From NCBI GenBank assembly GCA_951406725.2, contig OX597814.1:13330001-13394000 (forward strand): a DNA stretch of 64,000 bases. The letters run 5' to 3'. Of this stretch, positions 11,298 through 23,912 are shown piece by piece (position 1 is the stretch's first letter; each line of letters opens with the position of its first letter). Origin of the DNA: Octopus vulgaris (Eukaryota). Below the pieces are notes generated by a model. It saw only the letters and a program-made list of their open reading frames with translations, did not search any database and was not told where the DNA came from. The position numbers and the translations under genes were made by a program.

Positions 11298-11684
11298 GAG
11301 GGCGTGTAGGTGTAGACATACATATACTCATAATACACATACATACATACAGAGATCCATCCATACAATCATATATACATGCATACATACATATGTGAAT
11401 GTGTGTGTCTAAATATATGTGCGTGTGTGCGTATGTCTGTGAGTTGGAATATACGGAATGCATTTCCAATATTTGTTACTTCGTAATGCTTGGAGATATT
11501 TTGATTCGCATTGCCTACACTATATAAAAATAAAAGCTGATTATGAAGAAAACCGCTATCCATTGTGGGAAAATAATGAAGACACTGATTTTGTTCTATT
11601 TATGTGCTTTTCTTGTGTTCGTATCTTCATGAAGATATAATGTAGGCATGCTGACAACCAGCAACCCACACACTCACATATTTT

Positions 11685-11748
<64 letters not shown>

Positions 11749-11779
11749 TTATCTATCTATATATATATATATATATATA

Positions 11780-11940
11780 CGTGTTTTTCTCTCTCTGCGT
11801 ATCTTTCTGTTGAAGAGCGTAGGCTCGAAACGTTAAGGACTTGTTTTATTTATATTTCCTGAGCGCCATACTAATACAATTGTTCGTTTGTTTTCCACCT
11901 GCCTTCGTCTTTTGTTTATTTTAATAAAGCTTCCCGTTAT
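11780..11940 (+). mobile_element. Short TA-embedded PLE terminal remnant with a minimal hammerhead-like motif (11802-11839)
   Basis: tcttt-CTGTTGA-A-gagc-gtag-gctc-GAAA-CG-TT-aagga, with palindromic AACGTT. Flanked by (TA)n on both sides. Confidence 0.65.
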
Positions 11941-12614
11941 ATATATATATATATATATATATACACTCACATATAGTCATTCTGATTGAGTTTATGCTTA
12001 TATGTGAGCGTATGCCTATATATGAGTGTATATATATATATATACACTCACATATAGGCATTATGATTGAGTTTATGCTTGTGTAATTACGCACTAGCAT
12101 ACACATAAATATGTATGTATGTATGTATGTATGCATGTGTGTATATATACACAGACACAGATATGTCAGTAGACAGAAATAAAAATCTACATTGAATGCT
12201 ACTCTTGGCTTTTACTCTAATTTTCTTAGACACAAAGTCTCATGGTTTACCAAAAGGCATGTGCAACATTAACTACGTAAAAGTAAATATATCTGTGCGT
12301 GTCTTTGGGCACGTGTAAATGAGTGCGTGTTTCGGTGAGGGGGGAGGGTGCGGCTGCTTTTGTATGCATAATTATTTATGTCTGCATGTATGCGCACGTA
12401 TATTTATGTATTCAGGTATACGCATATACATAACTATGCACACACACATATATTTATTTATATTTTTTTATATATACATAGACACATACACACTTATATA
12501 TACATGCATACATTCATATATACATGTATATATAGATATATACATATACATATTGATATATATACATATATACATATATGTATATATATATTTATATATA
12601 TTACCCATAGCTAC

Positions 12615-12854
12615 ATATTCAAAAATCTAGAGTTGAGAATTATGCCGGTTCGTTAGTTGGCAATAAGTATAAAAGTTATAAGGTATTAACTCTAAAATTG
12701 TAATGTTGCGTACGGCTTCAATACTACATTCAAACATATACATATATAGCCGTATGCTACATTACAATTTTAGAGTTAATACTTTATAACTTTTATACTT
12801 ATTGTCAACTAACGAACCGGCATAATTCTCAGAGAACACTAGATTTTTGAATAT
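12615..12854. repeat. Fold-back, about 103-bp arms, 30-nt spacer
   Basis: 12615-12717 is the reverse complement of 12748-12854 with few mismatches and a small indel. Followed by a decayed gac-gccag-gtc-GAAAC motif at about 12873. Confidence 0.85.
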
Positions 12855-12964
12855 ATACCAATCTAGATACGAGACGCCAGGTCGAAACAACTTATAATAA
12901 TAATACTTTAACTGTAATTGTAACAATATAACAGAGACATTAAATTTCTATATAGAAAGATATG

Positions 12965-13513
12965 GTGGAGGCACGTGGCTTAGTGGTTAGAGTGTCAGCA
13001 ATATGATCGTAAGATTGTGGTTTCGTTTCCTGGACCGGGCGACGCGTTTTGTTCTTCAGCAAAATACTTCATTTCGCGTTGCTCCAGTCCACTCAGCTGG
13101 CAAAAACAAGTAACGCTGCGATGGACTGGCGTCCCGTCCAGCTGGGGAACACATACGTTATAGAAACCGGAGAACCGGGCCCATGAGCCTGGCTAGGCTT
13201 TAAAAGGACGTATTATTTTTAGTGGAGGTGCAATGGACGGAGAATCGCGGTTTCGATTCTCAGACCGGGCGTTGTGTGTGTTTATTGAGCGAAAACACCG
13301 AAAAGCTTCACGAGGCTTCGGCAGGGGGTGGTGGCGACCCCTGTTGTACTCTTTCGCCCCAACTTTCTCTCACTTTCGCTTCCTGTTTCTTGAGTAACGC
13401 TGCGATGGAATGGCGTCCCGTCCAGCTGGTGGGGAACACATACGCCACAGAAACCGGGAAACCTGTCCCATGATCTTGGCTAGGTTTGAAAAGGGCGAAA
13501 AAAAAAAAAAGAA
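12965..13513 (+). mobile_element. Head-to-tail pair of tRNA-derived SINEs with a shared 13-bp TSD
   Basis: Unit 1 has A-box TGGCTTAGTGG and B-box-like GTTTCGTTTCC. Unit 2 starts at 13222 and has GTTTCGATTCT. Both share the tail AGTAACGCTGCGATGG...GGCTAGG. TSD ATAGAAAGATATG (12952-12964) / ATAGAAATATATG (13514-13526). Confidence 0.8.
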
Positions 13514-13989
13514 ATAGAAATATATGCTAGCCTAAGACTAAATTTCCTACTTGCATTGAGTCCTTGATTGTTCTAACAATAAATATTGTTCTAACAATCA
13601 AACAATCGCACGTTGTTGTAAGCAAAATACATATACTTGCATGTGCATTCACGCTCATGTACAAAGACACAATGGGACGCACATATGCATTATACTGTCT
13701 CCAAGAAACTTTGGTAGGATTTTAGAGTGGGTCTATCTCCTGAGACATTTTACCATCGGTTAATGAGATATGAAACAAATATAAGGTACATTCTAGATGT
13801 TGCACAACTGCGTAAACTGCTTTCAACACAAAATCTGGTTCTTTAGCTGAACATATTCACTGCTATTATGTCATTCTTCCACAAGACAGCGTTGTGTCTT
13901 TGATGTTTGGAGCGGAGTGAAACTGTTATTAAATATTTCACGTAATTCCTACAAAATTCGGTGAGTGTTACTCTCTTTCGTTTCTCCAT

Positions 13990-15985
13990 AAATTCTTAAA
14001 GGCGAATCTAACTCAACAATGTTAACTTTTTAGACATGAGGGTAGACTTGCGTACATATTCATACAGATCGTAGCGCAAAACAAACGAAAAGCAATCGTA
14101 CATTAACACGGTCCTTTGCCACCCACGTATTGTGCTCAAGAAACAAGCAATGGGTGGTAGCATGAGGATGTAGAACCTGTTCTCGAGTAAAGGTATTTTC
14201 GACCTCGCTGCCTCCTATAAGCATGAGATTTTCCAATCCAGTGTGTTTAAGGACCGCATCTCCTGTATGCCGCTTGATTAAAACCACAGAAAACTGTCAT
14301 TGTAAAGTCTTTTGATTTGCTTCACCCATCTCACTCAATTTTAAGACCTGCATGGGAAGAATATACCTTAGATAGTTTGACAAACCCTTCACACAGGACA
14401 TACCTACAGACAGGTGATTAACAGATATGTTAAAGTTCTCTTTCAGTTGTGTACACATCGTTAAAAGTATCCGTAAGCAGAGTAGGCGGGCAGTCGATAA
14501 CATTCCGAAGCCATGGTCTATGAAGCTGAGGTATCGTCCAACAGAAGCGGCAGCATCAGCATCAGCATCAGCAACGGCAACGGCACGAGTAACATATCCA
14601 CCGGTAATAGCAACAGTGACAACACTTGTAGTATAGCGTCGGGGGCAAAAGAGGGAGCGCGTCAGGATGTTACACCAACAACCTCAGTGATAGCGACATC
14701 TACAGCAGCAATAATAGAATCAACAATGTGTCCGTTGGTTGCAGCAAGAGCGCCAATGATGGCGGCAAAACCAGCAACAGCAGCTGCACCGCCATCGTGT
14801 TCTGTAATAATAGTAAAAACAGCAGCGATAGCGGCAGCAAGAGCAGTGGAGGCGCAATGGTCCATTGGTTAGGGCAGCGGACTCGCGGTCGGTGAATCAC
14901 GGTTTCGATTCCCAGACCGGGCGTTGTGTGTGTTTATTGAGCGAAAACACCTAAAGCTCCATGAGTCTCCGGCAGGGGTAGTGGCGCCCCCTTTTGATCT
15001 CTTTCGCTCCAACTTTCTCTCACTCTTTCTTCCTGTTTCTTGTCCCCGACTTCCTACGCAACCGTCGGTACTCTCGGTGTCGGGGTTGACCTGCTTTCTC
15101 TTCTGCCGGTCTTACGAATAGCAAAGGATCACGTATCGGACTTCTCCTACTACAGACACTGCTGGGGCGCGACCTTGCGAGCTCTGTGACGTAGACCGCT
15201 TCGCTCAACAAACAAACAAACAAGCAGCAAGAGCAACAACAATCGCTGCACAAGTAAAGCATCCGGCAGCAACAACAATAGCTGCTACATCACCATCAGA
15301 AGGGTACACAATGGGGAAGTACGTTCAATATACAGAGGTTCATAAAAGCAATGTCTTAAAGATCACGCATCCTCTTTTATGATACCGGAGATGTCCATCA
15401 TCACTTCCTTGGTCACTAACGTATGGCATTTAAAATCAAAGTGTATACCATATGTAAGGAATTAGAATGTCCTAGAATAACAGGGACCGTACCTCAACGG
15501 GGAGAACGATGTAAGATTTATTTGAACGAGAGGGAAAGAATATCGAAAATTCCCTTGAATCGGAAAATGTTAACGTTCCAAAAATTATATATTTATCCGG
15601 TGCCCTCATCAAAAAAAATTCGTGCTGATTACATGGACTTCCCCGCTTGCCGAGTCCAAAAACGTAATTGGAAACATATACACAACACCTTCGGTCATTC
15701 AGAGACAAAAATAAAAATCACGCATCATCCCTATCCAATATGATATGGATATTGAAAGTAGGTGGAATTTGTAACCCAAGATAACATGGAACATCATTGC
15801 TAGAGACAGAAAATACAGAAGACGGGTTACCAAATGTGAACTGAAAAACTAAATATCATACACTCGACGAATAACATCCTAAATATTAGGGATTATATAA
15901 TCTCTCTCTGAACAGATAAGCAATATTTCATACTTAAACACTTCAAAGAGGTACCACTCCCTGCGCTGCCATTCCCACTAGAATA
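13990..15985 (+). mobile_element. Heavily degraded PLE (RT thumb, low-complexity linker, GIY-YIG), interrupted by a SINE
   Basis: NNVNFLDMRVDL..Y....K.N....YINT, CHPRIVLK, FDKPF; later SSLSNMIWILK...ITWNIIAR...KCEL and LNIRDYIISL*TDKQYFILKHFK. Confidence 0.6.
14846..15223 (+). mobile_element. Full-length tRNA-derived SINE with (AAAC)n tail and 12-bp TSD
   Basis: Head GTGGAGGCGCAATGGTCCATTGGTTAGGGCAGCGG...GGTTTCGATTCCC. TSD GCAGCAAGAGCA at 14834-14845 and 15224-15235. Confidence 0.9.
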
Positions 15986-16585
15986 ACCTCTTTCTTGAAC
16001 AGGAAATTTGAATATACAAAATACACGAACTCCATACATAGCAGAAATATTCCACCAGCACACAAGCATACGAACATCACGCACACCCAGAATATAATAT
16101 AAGATAATGCAAAAAAATACCACTGTTTATCCAAATGTTAAATTCACTGGAGATAGCCACTCCAAAGATGTCATCCAAGAACAGCGCTCGATGATTTATT
16201 GTTTGTTTTACAGGAATCACCGCGAATGTTATCCAAAATGGATAACGTTTGAAAAATTGTAAGGCTATTTTGATACATTTCCTTATATGAAACCAATGGT
16301 AACCTTGTGGCTATGTGGTAAGTAGCTTGCTTACCAACCCCATTCCAATAATAACATTCACAGCCTAATGTATTTTCATGCATGTAGTCTAGGAGACTTT
16401 TCTCCCGAAACTATTTCCGCCGCAAAAGATCTTCCCACGTTCGCACCCGAATATGTTAAATATGTCTTCAGGCGAATATATTTTATTCAACGCTTCATCG
16501 TATATATATATATGATGCATCGTTGAATAAAATATATATATATATATACGGTGAAGCGTTGAATAAAATATATATAATATATATA

Positions 16586-16640
<55 letters not shown>

Positions 16641-16642
<2 letters not shown>

Positions 16643-16790
16643 GACGGGCTTCTTTTTGTTTCCGTCAACCAAATCCACTGACAACGCTTTGGTCGGCCCG
16701 AGGCTATAGTAGAAGACACTTGCCCAAGGTGTCATGCAGTGGGACTGAACCCAACATATATATATATATATATATATAGATGCAGCGTTG

Positions 16791-16837
<47 letters not shown>

Positions 16838-16940
16838 TCAGGTTCAGTCTTACCTTGGGCAAGTGTCTTCTACTATAGCCTGGGGCCGACCAAAACGTTG
16901 TCAGTGGATTTGGTTGACGGATACAAAAAGAAGCCCGTCG
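16641..16940. repeat. Inverted pair of SINE fragments around a (TA)n spacer
   Basis: 16641-16751 is the reverse complement of 16840-16940 (GGCAAGTGTCTTCTACTATAGCC...GTGGATTTGGTTGACGG...GAAGCCCGTCG). The plus copy continues to about 17030. Confidence 0.8.
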
Positions 16941-17112
16941 TATATATGTATATATATAGGCATGTGTGCGTATATATTGTGTACCTATGTTTGTTCCCCC
17001 AATATCGTTTGACAACTGATACTGGTGTGTATATGTGTGTGTTTTTACGGAATAATGGTCAAATTTTGTTTGGGTGTATAATCAAAATAAGCAACAGGTT
17101 ATCCAGAGGTGG

Positions 17113-17182
17113 TGCAGTACCACCGTTTCAAGCGGCTCCATTTAATTACATCATTTTAAATGCAGAGCTATTCTCAGCTGCA
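17113..17182 (-). ncRNA. Type I hammerhead-like motif with a long stem II
   Basis: tgcag-CTGAGAA-...-GAAA-c-ggtg-GTA-ctgca, with a perfect 5-bp helix I. The paralog at 36191-36369 has a canonical CTGAAGA in its duplicated segment. Confidence 0.6.
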
Positions 17183-18599
17183 TAAAGAAATAAATAGTAT
17201 TAATTTAAAGAGTCAGATGCATTTGCATATTTTTTTAAAAATTCTCTAAGAGGGTAAGGAAACAAAGTCCAGGCCGTTTTCACTTCAGCTTAGAAGCTAG
17301 TAAGACACCGGGAAAAAAAAGAAACTTGTTAGGGTTCTAGCTTGTCACTGATTTTTAGATCGGTTTTGCTTTATAGTCCTAGTTTATCAAATCTTTGTCT
17401 ATCAAAATCGAAGACACTAGAGCAGTGTCTGTTGGAAAGGGCTTGTGTGAGATGAAAGAATGATAGTGGGTATAGTCATAAAACGTGTCAAGATTATTTT
17501 GAAGTAGTATAAAGTAACTGGATATAATATAGTTTGGTAAAGGAAGATCTTAAATCAAGATGTTAATTACCATTTAAATGGGCAAGACTCTAATAAAACC
17601 AATGACGATAATACAGGGGAAATTTTTTTTTTATCATGGGGTACTATAGTCGAATGATTTAAACAATATTGTTATATTGTATAAAGATAAAATTTAGGGA
17701 TATCAAGAAAAAATATTAAGAATATATTATAACCAAAATATTACATGTTTGAATAATTTTGGGTATATACAAAAATTTACAACAACAGACAAAGAAAAAA
17801 TTTACATAGAATTAGTTTAATAAACTTAAATATTTACTTATTAGGTGGTATCTATGAAGATTGATCCCTTGCATTAAATGGAAATTTAATAAAGGAATAC
17901 TGGGGCGATAGAACATGCTAACTATATAATAAATATAATCAAAGGGGTATATTATAAGTTGTGGAGTTTTTGGTGCTGTTATAGATAAGCTAATATAAAT
18001 TTCTTGGGGTCCAAACTTTAGGTTTACTTACGTAAAGGCTATTATAAAAATAATGACATGATCAATAGGGTAGACGACTATAAAAAGGAAGAAAGATTTT
18101 AAACACTAAAAGCCATGAGAAGATTATATAGAATTTGTTTATATAGAATTATATAGAATTTGTTTAATAATACGATCATTAAAACTAAAACTGTTTATTT
18201 ATTAGTTATTATGTGGTATCTAAACATACTGACACCCTGTATTTACTAGAGGAAGATTGAGGCTATAGAACATGCTACAATTGCAACTAGGAGAATTACT
18301 ACTATTAATATTAGTATTATTGATATTCATATTGTTATTATTATTAATGTTAACACTATTATTATTAATTCTACTACTCGTATCAAGTGTGTCTTGTTCA
18401 TGTCAGCTATTATCTATACCCCCGGCCAACTGTAGTATCATTTAAATCTGCTACAACGTCAACAGGCATATCATTAAATTCTATGCTAGTATAGGCACCA
18501 GAGTTACAATATATATTTGAAGTATTAACACCGCCAATTCTATTTTCCGCTTTTTCATTAATTTACTATTCTCATTTTGGGTGTTTACTTTATAGTTGA

Positions 18600-18870
<271 letters not shown>

Positions 18871-19557
18871 ATCATCTCTTGGTAATTTAATATTCTTATT
18901 TAATATAGCTATAACGGTAGCCATATTGGAAAGAGTAGAATACGAGGTTCTAACACTCTTACGCGAAAAGATTGTGTTATATATATGGGAAGTAGGAAAG
19001 TGTTTTTTGTAAAATAGTCATAAATTTCATATATATGTTTGTGGATATGGCACAACTGTAAGGGACGTTGAACCAGACGAAGTCTTTACTTTCAAACTTA
19101 CGTCGTACGTAAGGGCGGGATCTACATGTTCTATCATTGCTCCCCAAAATCGTGACTAGATTATTAGGTAAGTTCCTATTTCCAGTAGTTTTCATATCTA
19201 TGTAGGGAGGAGTAACCAGCACTTTTTCATCACTATCTTTATTATCTAATCTAAGCTTCGTTCCTGTTTCAGCATCCAATTTCCTGTTGTTGCTTATTCC
19301 ATTATTATTTCAATGGTAGGGCTTGTAGGCTGATTTACCATTTGGTATTCTTTCACATCCAAGTAAATTAGTAGTCCTTCTATTACTCTATTACCCAAAC
19401 TCTCATTACTTGCTCAAATATCTCGTACCTACACCTGACTTAATGAGAGAAAGTACTAATGACCTAAGTGATATGATATATATGTAAAAAATGTAATATA
19501 TAACTAAATATATGTAAATATAAATCATCCGATCTTCTGATTACCTCATTTCTTCTA

Positions 19558-19630
<73 letters not shown>

Positions 19631-19759
19631 CATATATATTATATATATATATATATATACATATATATATACATATATATGTACATGTATATATAAAGAG
19701 ATATAGTTATGTATACATACATATATACACGTATATATATATATATATATATGTATATG

Positions 19760-19790
<31 letters not shown>

Positions 19791-19804
19791 TTATTTATAT
19801 GTAT

Positions 19805-19843
<39 letters not shown>

Positions 19844-22124
19844 AAGGTATTCAAGTTACATATAATTCAGATCAATATCAGTTATGCTTGATTTCTTATA
19901 ATAGAGAAAATTCACTGGCGTGAAGATGTAATTTCTTCACATTTGAACCTCATTTAAAGAATTCGTAAATAACCTACGATCATTTTTTTAAACCTTCCAT
20001 AATGCTTACGAAAAGAATGCAAAATTAACAAAGACAATGCACATAGCAACTAAAACATGTTCATTTAAAACAATATTATATGCATTGCTAAAAAGTAGTA
20101 TAAATTCTTGTTCATAAACTTGTTTCAGCTACATCTGTGTGTAGTGATAAAATTTTGTATTGTGTTCACGAATAGACAGTAGATATATTTTATTATGTGC
20201 ATAATTAAAGAAGCGAAGTCAGAAGTGTGTAAAGGCATACGGATGAATGAAAAGGACAATCTGTAATTATTGCGATTCATCATTTTTATGAGATGAGATA
20301 AGCTTCACGTTGCTATTTCCATTATTTAAAATTCTTGGAATTTCATCTGAAAACTGTAAATGAAGTGTGACCTTGGATGTGTACAATTGTCTTCATGTAA
20401 TCGCATTATTTGTAAATGATTTTCTTTCGTTTCATCTGATTCACTTGGTCTTCCAGAATGTCATGTTGTTATATAAATTACATTGATTCTCAAATGCAAA
20501 AACACTGTTTACCATTAAGAATCGTCTTATAATCGCCAAAGATTTGGGATTGTTTCATCCCACTTTTTACTTTTCAATTTTTCATTGTTTGCCATTCACC
20601 ATATTATAAATGACTTCATTCTAAAATGTTATGTTATCAATTTCTGAATAAATGTAACCTATTATAGTGTGTTCTATTTGAAATGGTTTTCCAGTAAATG
20701 TACAAAACACAATATGTTAAAATACTACTCACAAATTACTCTTGAAATATAGAAATATTTTCATATAATTAATGCTTTCAAGATGTGAGAATTTCCACTT
20801 GCAGCTTTTAACTATGATAAAAGGATAAAACAAATAGCAAATGCATAAATATAACCACATTTCTGCAAACAATTAAGAAAGAAAGAATATAAAATCGTTG
20901 TATGTCCCTTATGAATCTGAAGTTAATGGATTTTTGACTACGACAGACAGAGTTTAGTAGCGATTACTAAATTTCCTTCAGGTTTACCATGCTAAACTGA
21001 ATCATCTAATTTGCATTCACTTCCTTTAGAATAGTCTTGAGTATTCGACGTGGGAAAAGGACAATCAGGTATTAAACGTTGAAATGTATAGGACAAGAAA
21101 AAATGAATAATTTTGTTTGAAATTGTTCATCAAACAGTATAGTGTGTGCACTTTATTTTTTTAATACATTTTTACCTTATATAGTCATTTCTAAGAAATT
21201 TAAGTTAATATTTTAGATATATAACTTGTATTGTATTGAGCTAAAATATTTCTGTTCTTATTTTTAGAATTGTATTATTTTAAAAAATTTTTTTATTTCA
21301 TCATCTAAAATGTTCAGCCATAGGAAGTGTCTTAAAATTAAACTCATGTAGAATATACTTAATTCAAAAATAAGAATAAAATAAAGTAAGAAAAATTGAG
21401 AAATGTTTTAACTACATTTTCCCACACACATCCATTTTCAGTTCTTTTAGCTTTTGTTTAGCAGTCAGTTACATATCTGGTCAATATCAGACTGTTTTAT
21501 CCAATATATTGACAGACAACATTTGCCAGCCGTATCAAAAGCAGTAAAGGATAGCATTCATTGATATTTTTCAGATGATTTTTCTTTGAATTTGATAAAG
21601 TATGTTCACACCTTTTTATATTTCTTCATAATTTGACACCTTCAGCAAGTGTGAAGATATTGAATCTTCTTTCAACCTTCGGAAAGTCTACTCGACTTTC
21701 GTTTTTTACCACATTCCCCCACTTTGTATCCAGCATATTATGCAGCATGAATTCATTTGAAAACGATAAACCAAATTTTAACGAGGATATACTCTGTACA
21801 TGACAATCTGCATGTAATATACTGTCCTTTTTTTTCGGAAGAAGCTTTGTCATAGATATGTATCAGATCCTCCCATGTTTTTATATTAAGATAAAGATCT
21901 TTGTTGATACTCTATTCCCCAAAGGTAATGTGTGATGCTGCGAAAAACTGAATCGCTTTTGGCAAAAACACTTTATTTATTATAGCTATTAATCAGCGTT
22001 AAATATGGTCATTAATAGCAACAAATTCATTTACCCACAAAGATCTGGTTTTGACAGTTTGAATATATAAACTTTTTATAGAAATAAATTGAAGTGCCGC
22101 ATGAGTTGGTATTTTAAATTACAG

Positions 22125-22241
22125 AAAAGAAATGCCGTTCACGGAAGAGCAATGAAAACAGCTTCGAAAATCGTGTAAATAACCGGAGCAAACGTGCTAT
22201 GGTGGAAGATGGAGAGCGCGCAAAGAATACCTATACGGTTT
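22125..22241 (+). CDS. Candidate isolated 117-nt phase-1/phase-1 coding exon (KKCRSRKSNENSFENRVNNRSKRAMVEDGERAKNTYTV); host gene unknown
   Basis: Acceptor TTTTAAATTACAG|, donor |GTAAGT, length divisible by 3, only one open frame, locally higher GC, contains RSKR. Confidence 0.35.
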
Positions 22242-23639
22242 GTAAGTAGTGTGTATCTGGCTGATTAGTTGTTTAGTCAGATGTCATATATTTCTTTGGA
22301 CGTTACTGTGTAGGCAGCAGATTTACTCGTTTCTTCCATTTTGTCATCCAAAGTTTGTATTTGCTGTATTTAGTGACCCACATCGAGCTTCGCCTGCAAT
22401 CATTGTGGAGATTATTTGATTATATTAAATGGTTTTACTTGTGGCAGTTCAAAACTAGTGAGGATGACGTCGGAGAGCTTTGCATTGATATATAAAAGGA
22501 ATGAGAAAGTGAAGTAGTCGAGAATGGCAAAGTTTAGGCATGTTATTGAGGTCTGTGTCTATAAAAACAGGCAATGTAAGTTTGATATTTAGGAACTAAT
22601 TCTTGTGCGATTGAAAGGTGATAGAGAAATATACTGAATTGTGGAGATTTATTTCAACGGCATTAGATTGTGTGTTCTTAATTCTAACATAAGTCATATC
22701 GGTTACATATAGGGATGGTTAATTGAAAACCGCTCTTCGCCTGCAGAAGATGTAATAGTATTTTGCCACAGAATCAGATTTATAAATGTCTGTGAAATTA
22801 TGAGCTGTTCAAGTTTTATATCTAAAATTTAAGACACGCCTAAAGCTTAATTCGTGCAGCAGAGTTTGAAGATTGACGCACTAGCTACAGTCAAATGCTG
22901 ATATGAAATGCATTGACATTACTTTAGAAATGACCTCAAAGTCGTTTGTACTGGTGCGTGTTACTGGAAACCGCTTTCTGGTGGACGAATCTCCATGAAA
23001 TTTGTATTATTATTTATGAAGTCTGTGGCATTTCGAATGGTTGGAATAGTTGGTTTTCAATGACAGTTCTAATAAGCATTAATATATTGGAAGCATGAAG
23101 TTCAGGGCGTGAGCTTTCAGGATTAGTGAAGTGAGACTAATTGTCGATACGATTCTCAGCAGCATGTGTCCAAATATAGTGAGATAAGTGCCTCTAGGCA
23201 GAAAAGAATGTTGAGCTTGGCAATGGTAGCGTCTTCCTGAATACAGCAAGTTATGAAAATACAGTGATCGTCAGGATCGGTGGCCCGCTTGGCTTGAAGA
23301 CACCACATGTTTGTTTTTCCACGTACCGTGTGTATATACATGGTAGAGAAAATAATGAAAATCAACAGGAACTATTCACCAAATGGTGAATACATTTTAT
23401 TGTTACACTTAACCAGCATCTCCATAGAAGCAGTAATATTGAGGAGAACGTTTTCCACTTTGCTCTTAAGCTTACGATATACATCGACTATGCCCACTTC
23501 CAAATATTCGAAATGACACATGCATGTAATATTATCAAGATGTTATCCTGTACTCGCAGTTAATTGGATCAATGCTTATCTTCGTATTTTATATATTGAA
23601 GAATTTTTAAACATAGGAATTATCAGTATGTTTTATACT

Positions 23640-23912
23640 CGATCTCATAAGAAAACGCCCGTTAAATCTCGTTTGCCAAGTGTGATTATACGAGATAATT
23701 TTTATTTAGCCCACCTTTTCTAGAACCCTTTCGACAACGAGCAAGCAGTGATGTCCCTATAGAAGGCACCTCGGTCATTCAGAGTGTTCAGAACGACGTT
23801 GTTCTTGGGCCAGCAATATTCCGAACGTCCCGCATGTAGTACTGGGACTGTGGCTACCAGTCTCATCTTCCCCCTGCCGTTGATGGCGTCCTTCGGGCCT
23901 GCGCAATGTCTA
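23640..23912 (-). mobile_element. RTE-type LINE 5' UTR fragment, inverted relative to 25290-25560
   Basis: Diverged reverse complement of 25290-25560 (GACGTCATCAACGGCAGG...GGGTTCTAGAAAAGGTGG). Confidence 0.65.

Noticed and set aside
14846-14925. tRNA-like sequences at SINE heads (also 12965, 32862, 37124, 54665)
   Set aside because: They run into SINE bodies with tails and TSDs, so they are not tRNA genes.
20211-21068. Possible mini-exons sharing GAAAAGGACAATC (about 20249 and 21054), plus a KDNQ candidate at about 45894-45957
   Set aside because: Phases are incompatible with each other and with 22125-22241, donors are weak, and the match could be chance.
21626-21853. Minus ORF with VERRFNI resembling a hAT-like ERxFS motif
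   Set aside because: A single weak motif with no other transposase features.
22330-23330. Possible ancient CR1-like RT traces on the minus strand
   Set aside because: Only a frameshifted FIYIN-like trace; too decayed to call.
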